A DNA stretch of 63,683 bases, filler included, from Licmophora abbreviata (taxonomy: Eukaryota), in NCBI GenBank assembly GCA_900291995.1. It is 11 parts of 11 records of this genome, joined end to end, with 100 filler letters (N's around TTAATTAATTAA, not from the genome) between each part and the next. Parts side by side here need not be neighbours in the genome. Positions count along the whole stretch, not along the records: positions 30,246 to 38,928 come from OLMU01003231.1; positions 39,029 to 51,096 come from OLMU01003233.1; 9 more parts are not named here. The stretch is one strand, 5' to 3'. This document shows, one piece after another, positions 30,522 to 43,222 of the stretch. The position numbers and the translations under genes are program-made. Below the pieces are notes generated by a model, which saw only the letters and a program-made list of their open reading frames with translations, ran no database searches and was not told where the DNA came from. How positions within the stretch are numbered: the stretch's first letter is position 1; each line of letters begins with the position of its first letter.

Positions 30522-32825
30522 CTAGCTGGGAGTATTCCAGGCTTCGACCTTTTCATACAGCGCGGGGCGAATGGAAAGCGTTCGCCATCCCGTTCTGGTC
30601 GTTTCCTTCTCCTTCAAAAGGAAACGCTTCTCGTCGTCGTCGGAATCATCGCTTCTGCAATTTCCATCTTCTCCAGCACTGTCGCTGGCACGAACCTCCT
30701 GAAGGCCAATAACTTCGGTTGTCGTCGTGTGCAACTGGATGAGAGGTTCGCAATCTCCAACCAACGCCTTCGGGTAAACGTCGAACGACCCATGGCACTT
30801 GATGGTGACACTAGCAAGACGCACCAATATCTCAATGGTGCCCGCGCGTGCCATTCGACCATAAGTAGGCATTGTATTGGAAGGAACTACTTCAACGTCA
30901 TCGTCACCAAACAGATCCTTGACGACAAAGTAGGCGTCGCCACCCATACCGGTGCGACTAGATGCAATGAGCAATCGTCGCGTCATGGTATCGACGGTAG
31001 CGAGCTGAAAGCTGCTGTTTCGTCGTGCGCGTCGTTTGGGTGGATACACGACTCCGTGACTTTCCATACTTCGATCAGTATCACCCTCGTTTCCGGAGGA
31101 AGTGAGGTGATCGCTGTCTGACATAATGCTAGCATGAGACGCGTGCGACCCACGCTTGGATTTGCGCCTCGACACCTGCGGTACACATAAACTCTTGGAG
31201 TTTAACGTTTGAGATAGCAGCTGAAGCAACTCCATGTAATTCTTGGCGGGAGGAATGACATGCCCGTTTACAGTAATGACTTCTCGCTTGAGATCACGGA
31301 GCGCCTGCTTGACAACCTTGGAATCTTGCATCAGAGTCGCAATCTCCTTCGTGCTAATCCCACCCATATGCGGTGGCAGCGCAATATTCTGCAATTCGTG
31401 TCGGAAGTCCTGGCAGACTTCCAACAAATGGCCAATGGAGCGAAACTCGATCGTAGTGAACAAGCGACGCATTCGATCGTCGAGTACGGTGCTGAGCATA
31501 CGCTCGAGCTCACATTCCGATACGACATTCTCCCAGTTGCGCTGTAGGTAGTTCAAGTACGTCATGACCATGGGGGTCAATCGTGTCTCTGCTGAGTTCT
31601 CGGGGGACGACAAGAAGGCAAGCGATGCAAAGGATGTTTGGTGCTCGTACTCTAAAACGACGCCTGCAATTCGCGACCGAAATGCAAAAGGCAGAATGAG
31701 TTCTGGCCGGCGAACACATACAAGCGGTCATACCATCAGCCGTGACATTCTGTAGACTTACGCTTGATGAGATTGACAACTTCTCCTCCCAGAATGTCAA
31801 CTGCAAGGAGTTCCTTGGTGAGACTTTGCAAGAGACGGGACAAGGAAGGAGCTAGGCTTCGAACACATCCAACGGTAGCGACAAATGACAGAACGACAAA
31901 ATGAGCGCGCGCCTTCATGGCTCGCGGTGGTTCGACAGCTACGACGCATTCACGTCCAAGAGTTCGGACTCTATTCAAGCTTCGAATGTACAGCTCCAAG
32001 CGTGTCGCCAGATCCTTAGGGCTGAGTTGCTCCTGACGCTGGGCGGACTGATTCGAGCTGGCGGAGATCTGTCGCAGCAAGTCGGCAGACGCGGAGATCG
32101 ATACAAGAGGTGGAGACGCACCGCCTTTCTTGCTAACACTGAAACCTGCAAGACCTTCATTCAAGGAAATGTCCGGCTTGTTTTGCACGGATGCGTCGGA
32201 AGGCGATGCCTTGGACTGGTCATTCGTCTTACGTTCGGGAGAGCGCCGATTGGTGACACCTGTACTTTCGGGGATCGCCATCGAGCAGCTTGCCAAGAAG
32301 GCTTCCATGCGCGCCTTCGTGCGTCGCCCCAGAGCATCGTAGGCGTCCTGGTCTTGCTCGTTCCACACAGCGACGAGGTTGTCGTTTGGGTTCGCAGTAC
32401 GATGCAAGTAGTTCCTCCAGTGCAAGCCTCCTGGAGAGTCTGGCGTCGCACCCGCTTTCTCTTGCTTCTGAGCAGAAGAAAAATGAGCCGATTCCGAGGT
32501 TTCCAGTTCGAGTCCAACGGACGGTTCTTCCTTGGGCGCGCTGAGAATCTTAAGCGTGAGTGCCAGCACGGGGCCGCGAAGGTAGTTTTTGACATTGTGG
32601 TCGTGCGATGCGAAGGGATCCAAATGCGTCAAGTACCAGCTTGCCGCCTCTTGCGATAAGGCGCGTGCGTTCATGGTGCGATGAATACGTGGTGTCTTTG
32701 TGGATTGTGAGAGGAGCACTGACAATCAAAACGTAGACTAGTGACAAACATCGACAGCAAACTCGTCCAATATCATCATCGTCGTCAGTCCTGCAAAGCA
32801 GCAGGCGTTGAAAAATTGAGGTCAT
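30522..32825 (-). CDS. Uncharacterised protein, probably 3 exons (introns ~32698-32762 and ~31600-31760); exon boundaries approximate
   Basis: Two long protein-like ORFs (329 and 363 aa) separated by a GTAAGT intron; a plausible short first exon reads MTSIFQRLLLCR. Confidence 0.65.
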
Positions 32826-33120
32826 TTCGTCATTGTGTACAAAACTGTCGAAATTAGAGAATCCCTTAAACCAATGTTTATTGACTTCTTGTGAAGAGCA
32901 TATTAAAGAGTACTTCTCCCGGACAGTATCATGTTTTATGTACTGTTAGCTCAGACCATCCAATCGGTCCATCGATGGGCGCCTCATTGACCAGCATCGC
33001 GCTCCCATCATGACAGCGCCGTCGTGTGTCGTCGCTCATCTCGTCATCACATCACGGATCACGTTGCGGCAGCTGTCTTGTCAAAGAGGAAAAGAATAGA
33101 GCTTCGACAGTCCCGAGAGG

Positions 33121-35836
33121 ATGATTCCCTCGGCGCCTCACGCTCCTCTCGCTACGAACGTTATAACATTGTTCTTGGTAGAAGTCGTGCCTTTGAGAAT
33201 TCTGCAACAAAGTGGCGAAACCACATCGTCGTCTCCTGATGCCAAGCATACAGACGAGCCTCCGTCAACAAGCTTGACCGCTGCACTGGTCAAGCTTCAT
33301 TTGCAGCAACGAACCTGTCCGCTGTCACGTAACAGTCGAGATATGCAGATGCGATGGGACGATACTTCTGATGATGAAAAACTTTCGAAAGCTTCCGCAG
33401 CTTCGTCGCTGTCGAGACGGCGTGGTAGCTTTGTGTTGTTGCGACATCACATCCCTTCTCGGCCCTACTGGGCCTCAGTGGAGATGCATCAACGCGTCGT
33501 TCCTCTTGTCTACATTCCGTCAGAAAGACCCACAGATATAGAACCCTGTCCATGCTGGATTGTCGGATACGGGTTTTTACCCCACCACGCACCGACGGAT
33601 GCGAGGGCGGCGGTATCGGATGCTACGCTTGTTCGAGTACTGCCCATAGAAAACGCTATTGCGAGAGGGGATGGATTTGAAACGGTCGATTCAGCAAAAC
33701 TTCATACTACATACTTGCCTTGGAAAGATCGCTTCTTAGGCGAGACGAGCGACGTTCCTCTCAACGAAGCTCTGCAAGACGAAATCCTATCGAACCACGA
33801 CGACGAAACTACCCGCGCTCTCACTCTCCGAATGAAGATGCTACTTGCAAACCCAATGTACATTGGTACATCTATTAACGCACTGTATGAGCATAAGCGG
33901 CGGCGACAGCGAAAACATCGAATACGGCTTGCCGCAACTGAGTACTGCCGCAACCTGAATGGGGTTGGAGTTTTCGGCTCCAACGGTCACACGTCCGAGC
34001 CTGGCGTTCCAAAGACTACTGGCACTAATGAGTCAACTCATTCATATGTCTCTTCACTAGTTTCGGGGGGAGCTTTGATAGTTCATTCGCCTCATCACGG
34101 TGCTGGGAAAACGCTACTGGTCAGAACGATTGCCCAGCGACATCTTAAGTGCGATGCGACCCACGTGATTCGTCCAGGAGCACTGCTCGCCAAGTATGGG
34201 ATACATGCCGACGCAGCGCTCGAGTCACTGCTTCATGGTATATGTACGAGTGCTGCTAGCCAAGGCAACTCGGTATGCATACTTCTGGATCACCTCGATG
34301 CCATGGTAACTCCCCAATGCTCGGGGCGCCATGGTGCCGGCGATGCTGCTGTACCTGTACTGAACGGAATCGGTAAGTCACTTGGCATGCATGCTTGCTT
34401 TGTAGATATGTCATCCTCTCTCACACTGATAGTTCAATTTTGTATCCCGGAAAGCATCGTATTTGAAGACTCTGACATCGTCACTGCAACGAAAGCATGA
34501 GTTTCCATTTCCTACCAACAACTCTCTCTACAACTGGGATGCGAGCAATGGGGCTGTCCTGCCGTTTAGACTCTGCTTGATTGGGATTGTCACTTGTAGT
34601 GATAATGGTGGGATCAGACAAGGATCGTCTGAAAGCGTGCTTGACGCTCTAGGAGGAGAACGTTTTCGACTTCCCGATCTTTCTGCGCACCGCCGCGTTG
34701 CTGCCTTTGAGTCCGCATTTCGTCGAGAGAACCTTGTGTTGAGCAAGGAGGCAATGACAAAGCTCCCTGCGCTGGCAGCTTCGAAATTATCTGCACGTGG
34801 CGGTGCATTCTCACGAGTGGCCAGAAAACTTGCGGAATGCTCGAGTTGTATTGACTCTGTTAAGACTCACGAGATCGACAATGCCATGGCCGCTCTCCAC
34901 GACGAGTGGTCCCAATCATCCAACGTTGAATTTTACCCTCGCGCCGACCCCCGACAGAACGATAAAGACCATCGATTTACAGCTGTAGGTGGCAACTCAG
35001 AGGCGAAAGCCGCGCTTGAAGAAGCGCTCGCTCTCGATCCTTCAAAGCACGCCTTGCTTGCAAGATTCGGAATGTCGCCGCCGACGGGGGTGCTGCTCTA
35101 TGGGCCTCCAGGGACGGGAAAGACTCTTCTTGCCAGAGCTGTTGCGAACATCTTAAATTCTAAAGTGGGCAATGCCGGCTCTAGTGGGGGTGCTTTCATT
35201 TCGCTGAGGGCCGGCGACTTGATTCGCTCCGAAGTTGGAGGCAGTGAGAAGCTGCTTGTGTCCTCATTCGAGACGGCGAGATCCAATGCGCCATCTACTG
35301 TTTTCATTGACGAGTTCGAGGCTCTCTTTGCTGAGCGAGGATCAGGGGGTGGAGGGAAACTAGCAAGCTCCCTGCTTCAATGTATGGACGATGTATACAA
35401 ATGGAAAGATGCTGACGCCATTGCGAACTCAGAAGCCTCGCGCGTCGTTGTAATGGGTGCGACGAATGCCCCCTGGACGATTGACAATGCATTTTTACGT
35501 CCGGGACGATTCGATCGTGTCGTATTTGTTGGACTTCCTACTCTGGCGGAACGGAAGGCGATCTTGGAAGTTCATGTATCACGCATGCGGTTGAGACTCG
35601 GAGAAAGTCGTCTTAAACAAGTGGTCAGAATTTGCGAGACGCTTGCAGCCGATTGTGACGGATGGAGCGGCGCCGATCTTGCTGCACTGTGTAGAGCAGC
35701 GGCCGTTCGTTGCTTAGTAGAGAACGGAGAAAATGGTGGCGTAAGCCTCGAACAGTTTCTGGATGCACGAAAATTCGATGTTTCAGGTAGTAGCGATGAA
35801 GCACTAATGCGCAAACTAGTAGATTGGAGACCGTAA
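33121..35836 (+). CDS. Type II (double-ring) AAA+ ATPase, CDC48/PEX6/SPATA5-like; 2 exons (intron ~34372-34454)
   Basis: D1 degenerate (SPHHGAGKT, ILLDHLD). D2 intact: GVLLYGPPGTGKT, VFIDE, VMGATN, LRPGRFDR, SGADL. Confidence 0.88.
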
Positions 35837-35875
35837 ATGATAAGCCCGTTTCTTCGTTCCTATACCGTCTTTAAA

Positions 35876-38800
35876 CTAGGCAAGGACCGACCACGCATTG
35901 ACTATATCCACCGCAACACGGCGGACGACAGGCGACGGGTGGTCGTTTGCGGATGAAACTACGGAGATGACGTTCGGTTTCAAAGAGAGGAGTGTCTTTC
36001 GGAATTCTTCGGGGGAGTTGGATGCAACAAGAAGGCCTTGGAGAGCTAAGAGCTCGAGGGGCAGATTTCTCGTGTCGTCTGAGCTGTTTCCAACACAGAC
36101 CTGAAGAAAGCACAAGATTATTGACGGGATGAACTTAGAGATCTAGGAAACGACGACAAAGTGAGAGCGCGTCCATGCCAACTTCACGACCAAGGGAAGA
36201 CACGGCTCTGCGTGGGTTCGTCTTACAGTTTCTGGGGTCACGGCCATGAGCTTCACAACCGTTGCTACGAGAAGTTCCTTGCTATCACTCAAACAAAAAG
36301 TGTTGACTGACGACTCGCTGTAAGACATAACAAATCCTCTCACGACTATTTCAGAAACTGCCCGCAAGGTCGACTCTGACATCATTCGGATCTGACTGGA
36401 AGCGACGACGTGGCAGGCAATAAGCAGTCGACCAGCCATGTGCTCCACACCGCTCTCCAATTCGTCCGAACAAGAGACAAGCTCCGAACTAGCCAAATGA
36501 AGCAGCCGCTGTCTCCAGAATGGGGTACCTTCTTCGGTTTCGATCATGGAGCCAAACGCTGTCGCCGCAACCACTTCCAGTTTAGTCTGAATCTCGATGG
36601 AGGGTGTTGGGACAGCCAAATCAACAGCATTCTGTTCCTTTGTTAGAGACATGGACGATCTCCCTTTGCACGCCAGCTGCACGAGAAATCGAGCTATTCG
36701 ATCCGCTGTCTTTGATGCACTCCCGCCACGACATGCCGCAGCAGTCCCCTATACACAAACAACCGCGAACGATGGCACACCAGATAAGAAGACCACACAA
36801 ACTTGCATTTTGTGTGAGCACAAAGCATACCCGACAAGGCACATACCACGACAGCGGCGAGGTTGAGAGAATCGCGAAATGCCGCCAGTCCCTCTGCTTG
36901 GAGACTTTGAATGCCCTTCAACGCGGCCATCGCGAATGGTGAAATTGTGTCCCTGAGCGCGGACTCTTCAATCGCAGAAACGCCATCACGATTTTCCTGG
37001 AATCGAAGAATGATTGAAAATAGACACGATGCGGCTTCTGAACGAGCTCTAGCGTCGTCGCCAGTCAGTGAGTATTCGGCAAGCGAAGGGGCCATAGCGA
37101 CTAGACCGTTTCCCAATAGATCGAATCCAGGTTCCAGTCTTTCGGACACAGCAGTTCCCTGACGAAGGGCCGACGAGAACAATGGAAGAGCAACCCGTAG
37201 TTGACCGTTCTGCCAATCTGACAGAGGAGGGAGAACATGGTCCACGTAGTTGAGAAGCTCCTGTATCTGAGGAGTTGTTAGTGGGTATTGGTAGGCAGGC
37301 AACAACAAGGAAATGATCTCGCTAGCCCAGTTCGCCTAAGAATTTTCCGGATACAAGAAAACAACAGTCGTTAGTCGCAAATGAGACGATATGCGATCTC
37401 CGCTGCTGGTCATCATCTGAAACGTACCCTCAGCCGTATTTCAGTAAGCTCGTCGCTTGTTGCTGGCAAGTTCAGGTTGCTCATACTTATACGGACCGAG
37501 CCCCCGTTCGATTCCGTTGAGGTGTACATCTGGTTCCCAAGAGGAAGGAGAGCTGACATGATACCCATCGGTGAAATGTTGGGCATTGATAAGGACTGAA
37601 ATGTCTCAGACGCGCACCTCCCACCACGATCTAAAATAAAACCAAGCACCTTGGCACACTCACGAGCATGGCTGACACCGGGTGAGGATGTGCCCCCTGT
37701 TTCGTTCTCTATCGCGCTAAACAAGGAATTTGCCAGAGATCCTATAATCGCTGCAGAGGCCCCTTGGCTCACTTCACATGCACTGGCAAGTGCCAGCCAA
37801 TCGAATCGACGCGAGCTCGATGTCGCGGCAGAATCCCCGGATCTCGACGAAGCGAGTAGATTCACTAAAACCGTGTCGTGGAGAAATTGTCTGATCGATT
37901 CATTCTCGACAATGACACAGGACGTTATAGTCTGTTCATTTGTGCCTCGAAGTGATTGTCCAAGGATGGACCCTAGGGTTCGCGAGCTCGCCATTTGCAA
38001 GTCGTCGTCCGCGCTGTTGACTGTGCCGTCCATAGCATCAGAACTAGTGGACACGATAGAAGCCAGCATTTGCAAAAGATTGGTGATCGCTGCGATATTC
38101 GTTGTATTCAGTAGGGCTGATGGCGTGGTACTTAGAAGTGGTTCGATTGCACGGATCGCAGCAGCTCTTAGCTGGATGTGCTTTGCGTCAGCAGATTCCG
38201 CTGCCGGGGCCGCCAACTCGCAGAGGACAACTACGACACTTGGACTGAACGGCTTGAGAGGGTGGGGATCCAATACAACCGTGTCCTTTCGGTCTCCGTC
38301 CAGAGCGGCTAGAAACGAAGAGAACAAGGCACCGATAGCATAGATGGCAGCGATCATTCTTTCTCTGTCATCCGACTCCGCCGAGATCAACTCGATAAGA
38401 GCTGGTAGGCAGGTCTCGAGGCAGACACGCAGCGTGCGTGTTCCACCACTTGCCGCCAAGCATGCCAAATATGCAGTTGCGGTCCGTCCTTGTATGCTCT
38501 CTGGTGACGTTGACAGAAGTGGGGATAGAGAGTGCACGGTCCTTTTGACAAAGACCTCCCACAGCGACTGTCGACCACAACTCTCAAATGCAACAGCCAG
38601 ATTTGAAACTAGTGTGCGGCACGCGTCTGCTAGTGCTTTATGACGTGCTCCCTCGTCGCCTCCGGTGGAAACCCCTGCCGCTCCTTCTGCATGAGCAGCA
38701 ATCAGCGCATTTGAGAGTTCACCCGTGACGTTGTCACTGAGCATGCAACATGAGAGCTTCTCCGTTGTCGGAAAGAGCATCGATTTCAAGTCTCGAATAG

Positions 38801-39245
38801 CCTCGATCTTGTCCTCAAGTGTACTCGGCGGCGATCCATCCTCGTTGTCTAGCGGCAACAAGCGCTCAATAAAGATCCCCGAACTTAAGTTGAGCATTGT
38901 GTCAGGTCCAATCGCGAGAGAGTCGTAGNNNNNNNNNNNNNNNNNNNNNNNNNNNNNNNNNNNNNNNNNNNNTTAATTAATTAANNNNNNNNNNNNNNNN
39001 NNNNNNNNNNNNNNNNNNNNNNNNNNNNCGTCACTATGCGACGCCTTTGTCTTTAGTACAAGATTCTCTGAGGCAGCGACCTCCGTCGTCTGAAACAAGG
39101 AGGAAAACAGCGTCTTGGATTCGGTGCGCAGTGCCTGTCGATCGGACGAATCTTGTGAGTTTAGACAGAGATCTCTCCATCCCTGAAATACTTTCAGCAA
39201 AGTCGACGACAGTCGCTCCGCTCGGACTGTAGTAGAGGAAGGCAT
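35876..39245 (-). CDS. MMS19: MMS19/MET18-like HEAT-repeat protein (CIA targeting complex); multi-exon, spans the gap at 38929-39028; 5' end uncertain
   Basis: All-helical HEAT-like ORFs joined by GT-AG introns. C-terminal KPNVISVVSSANDHPSPVVRRVAVDIVNAW matches the MMS19 ending V...L..ALDD.KR.VR..AV..RN.W. Confidence 0.75.
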
Positions 39246-39637
39246 TGGCTTTCAAAAGAGACGATAGCAGTTTCGACACACCCAGAGCCGACGATCGACA
39301 GTCACAACGTGTGGACTTCTGACTTCTTGCCATCTTGCCTACATCATCAACCACAGCACAAAAAGCACCGCGCCGTACAGACGGTCGCGCCATTTTGGAG
39401 AAATGGACGGTTGGTCAACGACGAAGTCGAAAGGATATACATCGCGGAATTCATAATGCTCCCCGAGATTCTTTCCACATCTACAAACCTTCTATACTAG
39501 TCGATTGATGCAGTTCTACAATGCTACGAGTTATGTAGAGTACTTTACAGCAAACCCCGAGTATGCCGGACGAGAGCAGAAGGTTGCTTCAACTCCCAGT
39601 GGGACGGCGTGATTCATGTGGACCCCGTCTCCTACGC

Positions 39638-40849
39638 TTAGCGCTTATCAATCTTGCGGATGCACTTCTCGGACTGGTAGGCGAGCGCAGAATGGCGCTC
39701 ACGGCCGACGGAGAGTGCGGATTTGAATGCGCTGCGGAGTTCAGCTAGATCTTGGTCCTGGTCATGGAGATATTCGATACATCGACCCGCTAGGTAGGCG
39801 ATCTGCGGGTTGGACGACGCATCGTACAAGTCCTGAACAAGAACTGCTCGAAGCGTCTCGTAAAACCCTTGGAGGATGTCTCCTGTCACTTCATGAATGG
39901 CGTTGGCGAGAACAGTCATTGCCATTAGACGCAAGCCGAAATCGTCGGGTTGATTCTTGAGGGTCAAAACGCTTTCGATTATCTTGTCACCAATAAAGTT
40001 GTGGGGCACCAAAATTGCCTTGGAGACCCTTTGAGCTGTCGATCGCCCCATTTTCTTGGCGTTCGTCAAAGACGAAAGGGTCTGTAGCGCAAGATTGTGC
40101 GCGTCGGCTCCTGGGTGGCGAAGCATCTTCTCGACAAAAGCAAGCGACGTTCCAGAGCTGTCGTTGTCGTCTTCCGAGTCAGAAACGACCGATGGAATAG
40201 GAAGGGCTTCGCCTCGAACCGGCATGATGAGAGATCGACCTTGCGCAGCCTCGAGGATCGCCTTGATGATGTTGTGAAAGTTGGTAGAGAAGCCGAAACG
40301 ACGCTGGACTTCCACGATTATCCCATCACTGTATTGTCCTCTGCCCCGGTAGAGACGGATTCGAAAGTCCACATTCTCGGCAGTGATGCCCTTGACCTTC
40401 GCCTTCATATCGTCGTACGTTGCTTCGATGGAGAGTTCACGGAGGACGTTGCTGATTCGCGCAGAGATATCCGAAGCCGCGCAACACGGCACAAAGGTGG
40501 CTGTGCGCTCGAGAGGGTGGAATGCGGGCAAAGTCGGGACATCTTGCAGTGTCCAACCACCGCTCGTCACTGGGACCACCAAAGATGCAGGCTTGGTGTC
40601 GTCGGCGCGTTTCTTCGAGGATGGAGCAACCATGGAAGGACCCATCCAAAGCGCATTCACATCAGGAGCAGACTTGTACGTAGCGAAGCCTACTGAGTCT
40701 ACGGCGGGATGGAACCCAGGAGCCAGACGAACTCGTCTCGTCGTTTCTTCGCCAATATCGTCATCGAGGTCCACAGTAATGCTATCTGGTAGTTTATTTC
40801 CACTAAATGAAGGGGGAGGAGCCTTCTTCTTGTCGTGTCCGCTACTCAT
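39638..40849 (-). CDS. Uncharacterised protein with a KA1-like alpha/beta segment and a helical (ARM-like) C-terminus
   Basis: Intronless ~403-aa ORF. LERT..ISARISNVL..VDFRIRLYR..IIVEVQRRFG resembles the KA1 fold ending in VEVQRRxG. Confidence 0.7.
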   Translation of the reverse strand: MSSGHDKKKAPPPSFSGNKLPDSITVDLDDDIGEETTRRVRLAPGFHPAVDSVGFATYKSAPDVNALWMGPSMVAPSSKKRADDTKPASLVVPVTSGGWTLQDVPTLPAFHPLERTATFVPCCAASDISARISNVLRELSIEATYDDMKAKVKGITAENVDFRIRLYRGRGQYSDGIIVEVQRRFGFSTNFHNIIKAILEAAQGRSLIMPVRGEALPIPSVVSDSEDDNDSSGTSLAFVEKMLRHPGADAHNLALQTLSSLTNAKKMGRSTAQRVSKAILVPHNFIGDKIIESVLTLKNQPDDFGLRLMAMTVLANAIHEVTGDILQGFYETLRAVLVQDLYDASSNPQIAYLAGRCIEYLHDQDQDLAELRSAFKSALSVGRERHSALAYQSEKCIRKIDKR

Positions 40850-41574
40850 GGCGATGAATTTCAATCTCAAACTGTTGCTTCAATGTTGCTTTGTTGTGAG
40901 TTCTCCCACGCGTGTTGTGTACGGAAGTCTACGGACCTGGCTCTTCCACAAGACACAGACATCTTTCCGGCAGGGTCGAGTCACAGTTCGGGAACAAAAC
41001 ATACAGTACGCGATTAGTCATTTGCGATCAATTTACTATGCAGGAGAAATATTTATTTATATCAAACGAGGAGGCCCGCTCTTTCGAGGTCGCTATCGTT
41101 TTTGTGGGAGTCGGGGCTCGCGCCTCCTGAGCTGTATCGGGACAGCCGACTTCACGGCTTTGAGCACGATCCGGCATCCGCCACACACACTCGAGCAGAA
41201 CGGACATTGGGTTCGTGAGACCGAGAAGAGGCTAACCAGTAGTAACTGAGTATCCAACCTACTAGCGCAGGACTGATCTGATCGTGGCAAGATACGAATC
41301 TCTGCGGCTTGGCAGACTTTGCTTCGTTGTCCGAGTATTGGCGCATCCAACCTGTGTCCCGTCTTCTCTACTCCAACATTTCGATGCAATGCGGCATTAT
41401 TGTAGGAATCAAGTAACTACTAACTTGGTTTGCTACACAGTAAAGAATACTCTCTAGCGGCGACACGGATACATACAGGATGAGCTGAGTGTAGCTATCG
41501 TCGTCTCCCCCGACAGCCGCGTAGCTACCACAAATTAGCTAGGCCCTCACGCAACATCAGACGAGAACTCAAGT

Positions 41575-42861
41575 TCAGGCGGCAAGCTCCGAAGGATGCT
41601 CCCTCTGTCCCATATTTTCGGCAGTGACTCTCTGGTCGGCGGTAGCTTCGTCGTCGGCTTCGGGTCCAGGTTCGTCTACCTCCATCATAAGGCCCCGCGG
41701 GTTGAGCTGGGATTCAATCTGTCCCGTCTGAATCTGCGCTCCAGGAACCGGCTCAACCTCTCGCAAGACATCAAGCAGCTGGTTTTTAGTAGTCTCCAAG
41801 TATTGTGGTGAGTTCTGGTTCGCCATGTTGGTGGGAGGGAGATGGAGGCGGTAGTCGGGTCCAAAGTACTCAAAGTAGTCATTGAATGGCAACTCGTCCT
41901 TGACCGTGTCACCTGTCAAGACGGAAGTCTCGTACGTCCAACACCGAGGCACATTGCGAAGAGTATATCCCCCGCCACCCAATACAAGCATAGGAATGTT
42001 GAAGCTTCGGACGAATTCAACGCAGTCCGCATGTCCCTTGACGCTCAGGTTGAAGCATCCGAGGCGATCGCCAGACAGACTATCGGCACCGCACTGCAGA
42101 ACGACGGCTCCTGGTGCAAACATCTCCATGATCTTGCTAATAACTGGGCGAAAGACACTGCGATACGAGTCGTCGTCCATGCCGTCATTGAGCGGGAAGT
42201 TGATAGCGTAGTTCTTGCCGTCGGCGTACCCAATGTCCTTCACGTCGCCCGTGCCGGGAAAGTACTCACCAAACTTGTGAAACGAACAAGTCATGACGCG
42301 ATTGGTTGAGTAGAAGGCTTCTTCGACTCCATCACCGTGGTGGATATCAATGTCGATATAGAGGACACGCTCGTGTTTCTTGAGAAGCTCTAGGATCGCT
42401 AAGACGCAGTCATTGACGTAGCAGAAGCCAGAGGCCTCGGCCTTTTTGGCGTGGTGAAGTCCTCCGGCCCAGTTGATGACAATGTCAACCCGGTTCTCGT
42501 TGAGACGAGCCGCGCCACCGATGGATCCCGACGTGTAGAGCTGACAGAACTCAAAGAGTCCGTCAAAGACTGGGCAGTCTTCTCCCACGTTGAAGCGCTG
42601 CAGCTGTCGTACGTAGTCATGCATGTTATCTGGAGTAATGACCTTGAGGAAGTTGATGTAGTCGTCGCTATGGAAGCGTGTCATGGCGGTAGGAGAGATG
42701 AGACGGGGGCGAAAGACTTCCATGCGACGGTACAGGCCGTAATTGACGACGAGGTTGTGCGTCATACGGACGCGGTGCGGCTTCATCGGGTGGCCTTGGC
42801 CGTAGTGGTAATTGCCGATCTCGGCGTCGTAGAAATACGAAACGCGCCTCAGATCAGTCAT
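41575..42861 (-). CDS. RPD3: Class I histone deacetylase (RPD3/HDAC1-2 type)
   Basis: [70 protein letters not shown]. Confidence 0.98.
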   Translation of the reverse strand: MTDLRRVSYFYDAEIGNYHYGQGHPMKPHRVRMTHNLVVNYGLYRRMEVFRPRLISPTAMTRFHSDDYINFLKVITPDNMHDYVRQLQRFNVGEDCPVFDGLFEFCQLYTSGSIGGAARLNENRVDIVINWAGGLHHAKKAEASGFCYVNDCVLAILELLKKHERVLYIDIDIHHGDGVEEAFYSTNRVMTCSFHKFGEYFPGTGDVKDIGYADGKNYAINFPLNDGMDDDSYRSVFRPVISKIMEMFAPGAVVLQCGADSLSGDRLGCFNLSVKGHADCVEFVRSFNIPMLVLGGGGYTLRNVPRCWTYETSVLTGDTVKDELPFNDYFEYFGPDYRLHLPPTNMANQNSPQYLETTKNQLLDVLREVEPVPGAQIQTGQIESQLNPRGLMMEVDEPGPEADDEATADQRVTAENMGQREHPSELAA

Positions 42862-43222
42862 GCTCGCGAATCTATCTTGAGGAACGAGGCAAAAGTGCAG
42901 CCGCAGCGGAATAGGAACGATGTCTTTGCTCACACTCAGACCGCCATTGGCTGCATGCTCTGTTATGCCGTCGGCGACTGCTCCGATGGAGGATCTCGGT
43001 CCACGGCGGAATTAGTACACATCTACGTGGCATCTCGAGTGACGAGGCGCGCGCTTCTCCCTGTGTCCCTTCGCGCGAGGACGGCGTTCTCGCTATGTCA
43101 TAACTTCACGTTTCTTTCTTTAGCATCCCATGCGCTCTAATCATGCAATCAAGCTAAAGCCTGTGCGATACCGGCAAAGCGCAAAGCATAGATTGTTTCG
43201 GTACTCATTCTTAGCTTACTAG

